A stretch of DNA of 64,000 bases from Candidatus Thorarchaeota archaeon (lineage in GTDB: Archaea > Asgardarchaeota > Thorarchaeia > Thorarchaeales > Thorarchaeaceae): the NCBI GenBank assembly GCA_011364905.1, contig RDNZ01000005.1:32001-96000 (forward strand). The letters run 5' to 3'. Below, piece by piece: positions 61,123-64,000 of the stretch; the stretch's first letter is position 1, and every line of letters begins with the position of its first letter. Made by a program: the position numbers and the translations under genes. The notes under the pieces were generated by a model. It saw only the letters and a list, made by a program, of their open reading frames with translations. It was not told where the DNA came from and made no database searches.

Positions 61123-61659
61123 TCACTCGATACCATTATCCATAGCCCACTCTAAAACTCGTGCAGCTTGAGCACTAGCCATTCCCCACGAGCGGAGATT
61201 GAGAATCAGGTTTCGGATCCCCGCAATCCAATCATCCAGAAGGTCCTTTATGCGTTCCCTAATTGCAGGGTCTGGATCTTGTCTGTATATGGGGAGAATC
61301 ATGTCAACGAGGCTCTGAGAGAGAACAAGAATGGTTTCCAATCTTGCGATCCACTCCTCCCGAGGTAGACCAGATAATGTTTGAGCCACAGCAAGATGAT
61401 AGTCATATTGGGCTGTGAAGTATCTGAGTCGCCAGCTCAGCACCTCAACAAGTAAGGTCTTATGAGCTGTGCTTGGCGCGGTCTTGATGAGTAGGCTGAG
61501 GAATCGTTGGGTCATCTCATCTGCAGACTGGCTGGCATCGAAATAGAGCGCCATCGCCTGCTGGTACTCCTCATTGGTAAGACACTCGTCAGCGCGGCCT
61601 ACTGCATGCTTGAAGCGGTCAAGCAGTGCTTTTGTGGATGCGCCTTCGATATCTTCCAT
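61123..61659 (-). CDS. Hypothetical all-helical protein
   Basis: 178-aa ORF with a GGTGA SD. Confidence 0.65.
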   Translation of the reverse strand: MEDIEGASTKALLDRFKHAVGRADECLTNEEYQQAMALYFDASQSADEMTQRFLSLLIKTAPSTAHKTLLVEVLSWRLRYFTAQYDYHLAVAQTLSGLPREEWIARLETILVLSQSLVDMILPIYRQDPDPAIRERIKDLLDDWIAGIRNLILNLRSWGMASAQAARVLEWAMDNGIE

Positions 61660-61778
61660 TAGAAGTTCACCTTGTCTTCATACCATTGGGAGCGACCATG
61701 ATGACCCTATTGAGCGTATCCTCTTGGTCCGAGTCTTGCTCAGAGTTCCTACACTTCCAATATGATGTTTTGCTGTTT

Positions 61779-62768
61779 CTATTCTTCTAGATACATGACA
61801 GGGGCAGGATGCTTCAATTTGAACTCTTCTGTGGCCTGTGTCCATGCTAAAAACTCCTCAGTTGGTGGGCTGGTTCGATATAACTCCTCACGTTCTGCTT
61901 CTAGAGTGATGTTCTTCACGCCTGAAAGCTCAGCCATTGTGAGCACTTTGTTACCAGCTTCTTCACCTTTTTCCCGTATAGGTTGCATCCAATCGTTCCA
62001 GGATTTGTCTCTCATGAGGTGATGATCCACCACGAGAATCGGAACAGTCGAGGCGAGGACAACTAATGAGTTATGTGCTAGCTCTCTTTCGTGGTCCGTA
62101 AACTGTGACAAGTAGAGAGGAGGACCACCGACAATAAGAAGGTCTGGAGACAATAGCAGAATATACTGGAGGGATTTCTCGACAATGGGTCCTTGGACAT
62201 CTGGTGCAAACATGAAACGACTGTCCCCATACTCGACACTTGTTGCTAGAACATAGCCCAGAAATGAGTTGACAGGACCGTGAGCCAGTGGCAGTGAGTA
62301 AGTCATCTTCGTGTCATTGAATTTGAATGTTCGATTATCCGCCCACTCAATCCTACTGGCCACTTCTTGAATGTCCTTCTCGAAATAGAAACCACGCTTT
62401 CTCTGAGAGGGATTTATGTTGTCCCGATTATCCTTAGTCAGGACCACCTTGCCAGCAAACATTTCACGACGCTCATTTCCTGTACTCAGGTTGTATAGGC
62501 AGTTCTCAAAACCCGGTCGAACATGATCATAGTGATAATGTGAAAGGGATAAAATGTCAGACTCCGCAGCAGTTTTAGTGATTGCCTGCAGGGACTTTTT
62601 GAGCGCGATGTACTCTGTTGGATGTGGCTCTAATTTGAACCGCTTTGCCAAGGCAGCTGATGGATCAAAAAGAATACTGACATCGGGTGTAGAAACATGC
62701 GTGCACAATGAACGAGTGCCGAGACTCTCTGCAGCCAGGGGAGTGATCTCAATCTCTCCTATTTTCAT
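61779..62768 (-). CDS. UPF0282-type metallo-beta-lactamase fold protein
   Basis: AAESLGTRS, DPSAAL, SHYHYDH, INPSQRKR, HG, DVQG, GGPP, DHHLMRD; start moved to MKIGEI. Confidence 0.85.
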   Translation of the reverse strand: MKIGEIEITPLAAESLGTRSLCTHVSTPDVSILFDPSAALAKRFKLEPHPTEYIALKKSLQAITKTAAESDILSLSHYHYDHVRPGFENCLYNLSTGNERREMFAGKVVLTKDNRDNINPSQRKRGFYFEKDIQEVASRIEWADNRTFKFNDTKMTYSLPLAHGPVNSFLGYVLATSVEYGDSRFMFAPDVQGPIVEKSLQYILLLSPDLLIVGGPPLYLSQFTDHERELAHNSLVVLASTVPILVVDHHLMRDKSWNDWMQPIREKGEEAGNKVLTMAELSGVKNITLEAEREELYRTSPPTEEFLAWTQATEEFKLKHPAPVMYLEE

Positions 62769-63270
62769 TCTCAGACTCCCTATAATAGACCAACTGATAC
62801 CCATCTTTGTCATGAAGTAGCTCAGCTTCATAGATTGCTTGATGCGAACTAGGACTCTTGAAACACCTGAACATCTGGTAATCTGATGGCAAGAACTGAC
62901 GTTTCATAGAAGGTAATTCCTCTTCTGTAATCAATCTAAGGACCCCTTCACGATGATTCTCATTGAAAGTCGAAATCTCAGCGTGTCCTACGAATATGAG
63001 AAAGTATGCGGAGAGCTGTCCGTTTGTTTCAACTAAACGTTCAGATACTAGACCACGATACTCATAGTTTTGGACTCTAGACGCACCAGTTTCTTCTAGG
63101 ACTTCTCTAATTGCTGCACTTCGAATGTGCTCCCCAAGTCTTATTTTCCCTCCCACCATACTCCATAGTTTCTCATAAGGGGGGTTTCGTCGCTGGAGGA
63201 ACAAATAGCCATTTCCACATCTGAGAATCGTGATAGCGATTGGGATCATCTTCGTCATTGATTCCGCCAA
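62749..63270 (-). CDS. NUDIX hydrolase
   Basis: Nudix box GGKIRLGEHIRSAAIREVLEETG. Confidence 0.92.
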   Translation of the reverse strand: MAESMTKMIPIAITILRCGNGYLFLQRRNPPYEKLWSMVGGKIRLGEHIRSAAIREVLEETGASRVQNYEYRGLVSERLVETNGQLSAYFLIFVGHAEISTFNENHREGVLRLITEEELPSMKRQFLPSDYQMFRCFKSPSSHQAIYEAELLHDKDGYQLVYYRESENENRRD

Positions 63271-63374
63271 TAGATGGGTTGCATCGCGACTCCTTTAAAG
63301 ATAGATGCTTTCCGAATTCTATCGAAGCTAACATTCATAGCAATCAATAAGATTCTGATTCATAGGTCTGTACT

Positions 63375-64000
63375 GTGGAACCGATAATTTCGAATAACAT
63401 TAGAAAACGGATACTTGCAGAGATCACACCCTCAAAGGAAGAGATAGACCTACAGAAAACGACCATTGATAGTCTCAAAAGCGCTTTGTCTAGTCATCCA
63501 AGCTCACATGAGTATAGATACTCCTTCATAGAAGCCCAAGGGTCTACAGGTAGAAAACAGACACAACTTCGAGGCACTGCTGACATTGACCTCTTTGTTG
63601 GATTAAGTCCTGAAGATTACAGTGCAATCCTTGAGAAACCTCCACAAAGCAGACATCGTGAGATTGACAATCTGATGAATAGGATGATCAATGATTGGTT
63701 TGAACCAGCGTTAGCAGGGTTGGATACAGCAGATGTTCAGCTTGCGTTCTCGCAACACCCATACCTTTCATTGAAGATGAGGGGATTGGATATTGATATA
63801 CTAGGCTGTTTCGACATTAATCAGGACCAACTTTCCAAGAGAGGACCCTTCACAGCTGTTGACAGGACAGTTCATCATACACAATATGTTGCAGACCGCC
63901 TAACAGAAGAGAAAAGGGAAGATGCTAGAATCCTAAAGTCCTTTGTGAGAGCCTGCCATGCCTATGGAGACCGTTGCGCAGTTGGAAGAATGGGCATCAC
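63375..64000 (+). CDS. cca: Class I (archaeal) CCA-adding enzyme, truncated by the window end
   Basis: Manual translation from GTG: ...ITPSKEE...QGSTGRKQTQLRGTADIDLFV...SQHPY...AVDRTVHH...ARILKSF...AYG. Confidence 0.85.
   Translation, partial: MEPIISNNIRKRILAEITPSKEEIDLQKTTIDSLKSALSSHPSSHEYRYSFIEAQGSTGRKQTQLRGTADIDLFVGLSPEDYSAILEKPPQSRHREIDNLMNRMINDWFEPALAGLDTADVQLAFSQHPYLSLKMRGLDIDILGCFDINQDQLSKRGPFTAVDRTVHHTQYVADRLTEEKREDARILKSFVRACHAYGDRCAVGRMGI

Noticed and set aside
1-64000. Many short antisense or nested ORFs in the track; mobile elements, prophage, defence systems
   Set aside because: The short ORFs are shadows of well-supported genes; no transposase, integrase, terminal repeats or tRNA-end duplication were seen

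Overview
Core-genome window from an archaeon, most consistent with Asgard archaea (Thorarchaeia-like). That assignment is inferred from gene content: four small GTPases (MglA-like, CvnD/GPN-like, longin-fused Arf-like, Rab-like), a roadblock protein, a longin/uDENN-like protein, a TPR-PCI protein, a divergent EF-2 and a Sec-containing SelD with a eukaryote-type SECIS. Housekeeping content: an Fe3+/polyamine-class ABC importer, TldD/TldE, tetraether synthase Tes, IleRS, tRNA-Gln(CUG), the archaeal CoA operon (pok-pps-panE-coaBC), RtcB, SSB, Tmk, an ECF/DUF4430 module, XPF, Ino1, an M42 peptidase and a partial CCA-adding enzyme. No mobile elements, CRISPR arrays or rRNA were seen. The ORF track misses the Sec-containing N-terminus of SelD, a 59-aa CdrS-like RHH gene, the partial cca gene and the tRNA. 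Best leads: (1) a type-II-like SECIS whose AUGA core is the selD stop codon; (2) an NPRL2-like longin/winged-helix protein with a candidate arginine finger next to a longin-Arf GTPase, separated by an unassigned ~210-nt highly structured element; (3) three membrane-anchored GIFT/DUF4350-like proteins, two with phosphoesterase domains, divergent from an ABC importer; (4) several other intergenic structured RNA candidates. All domain calls come from reading motifs by eye; no searches or folding programs were run.
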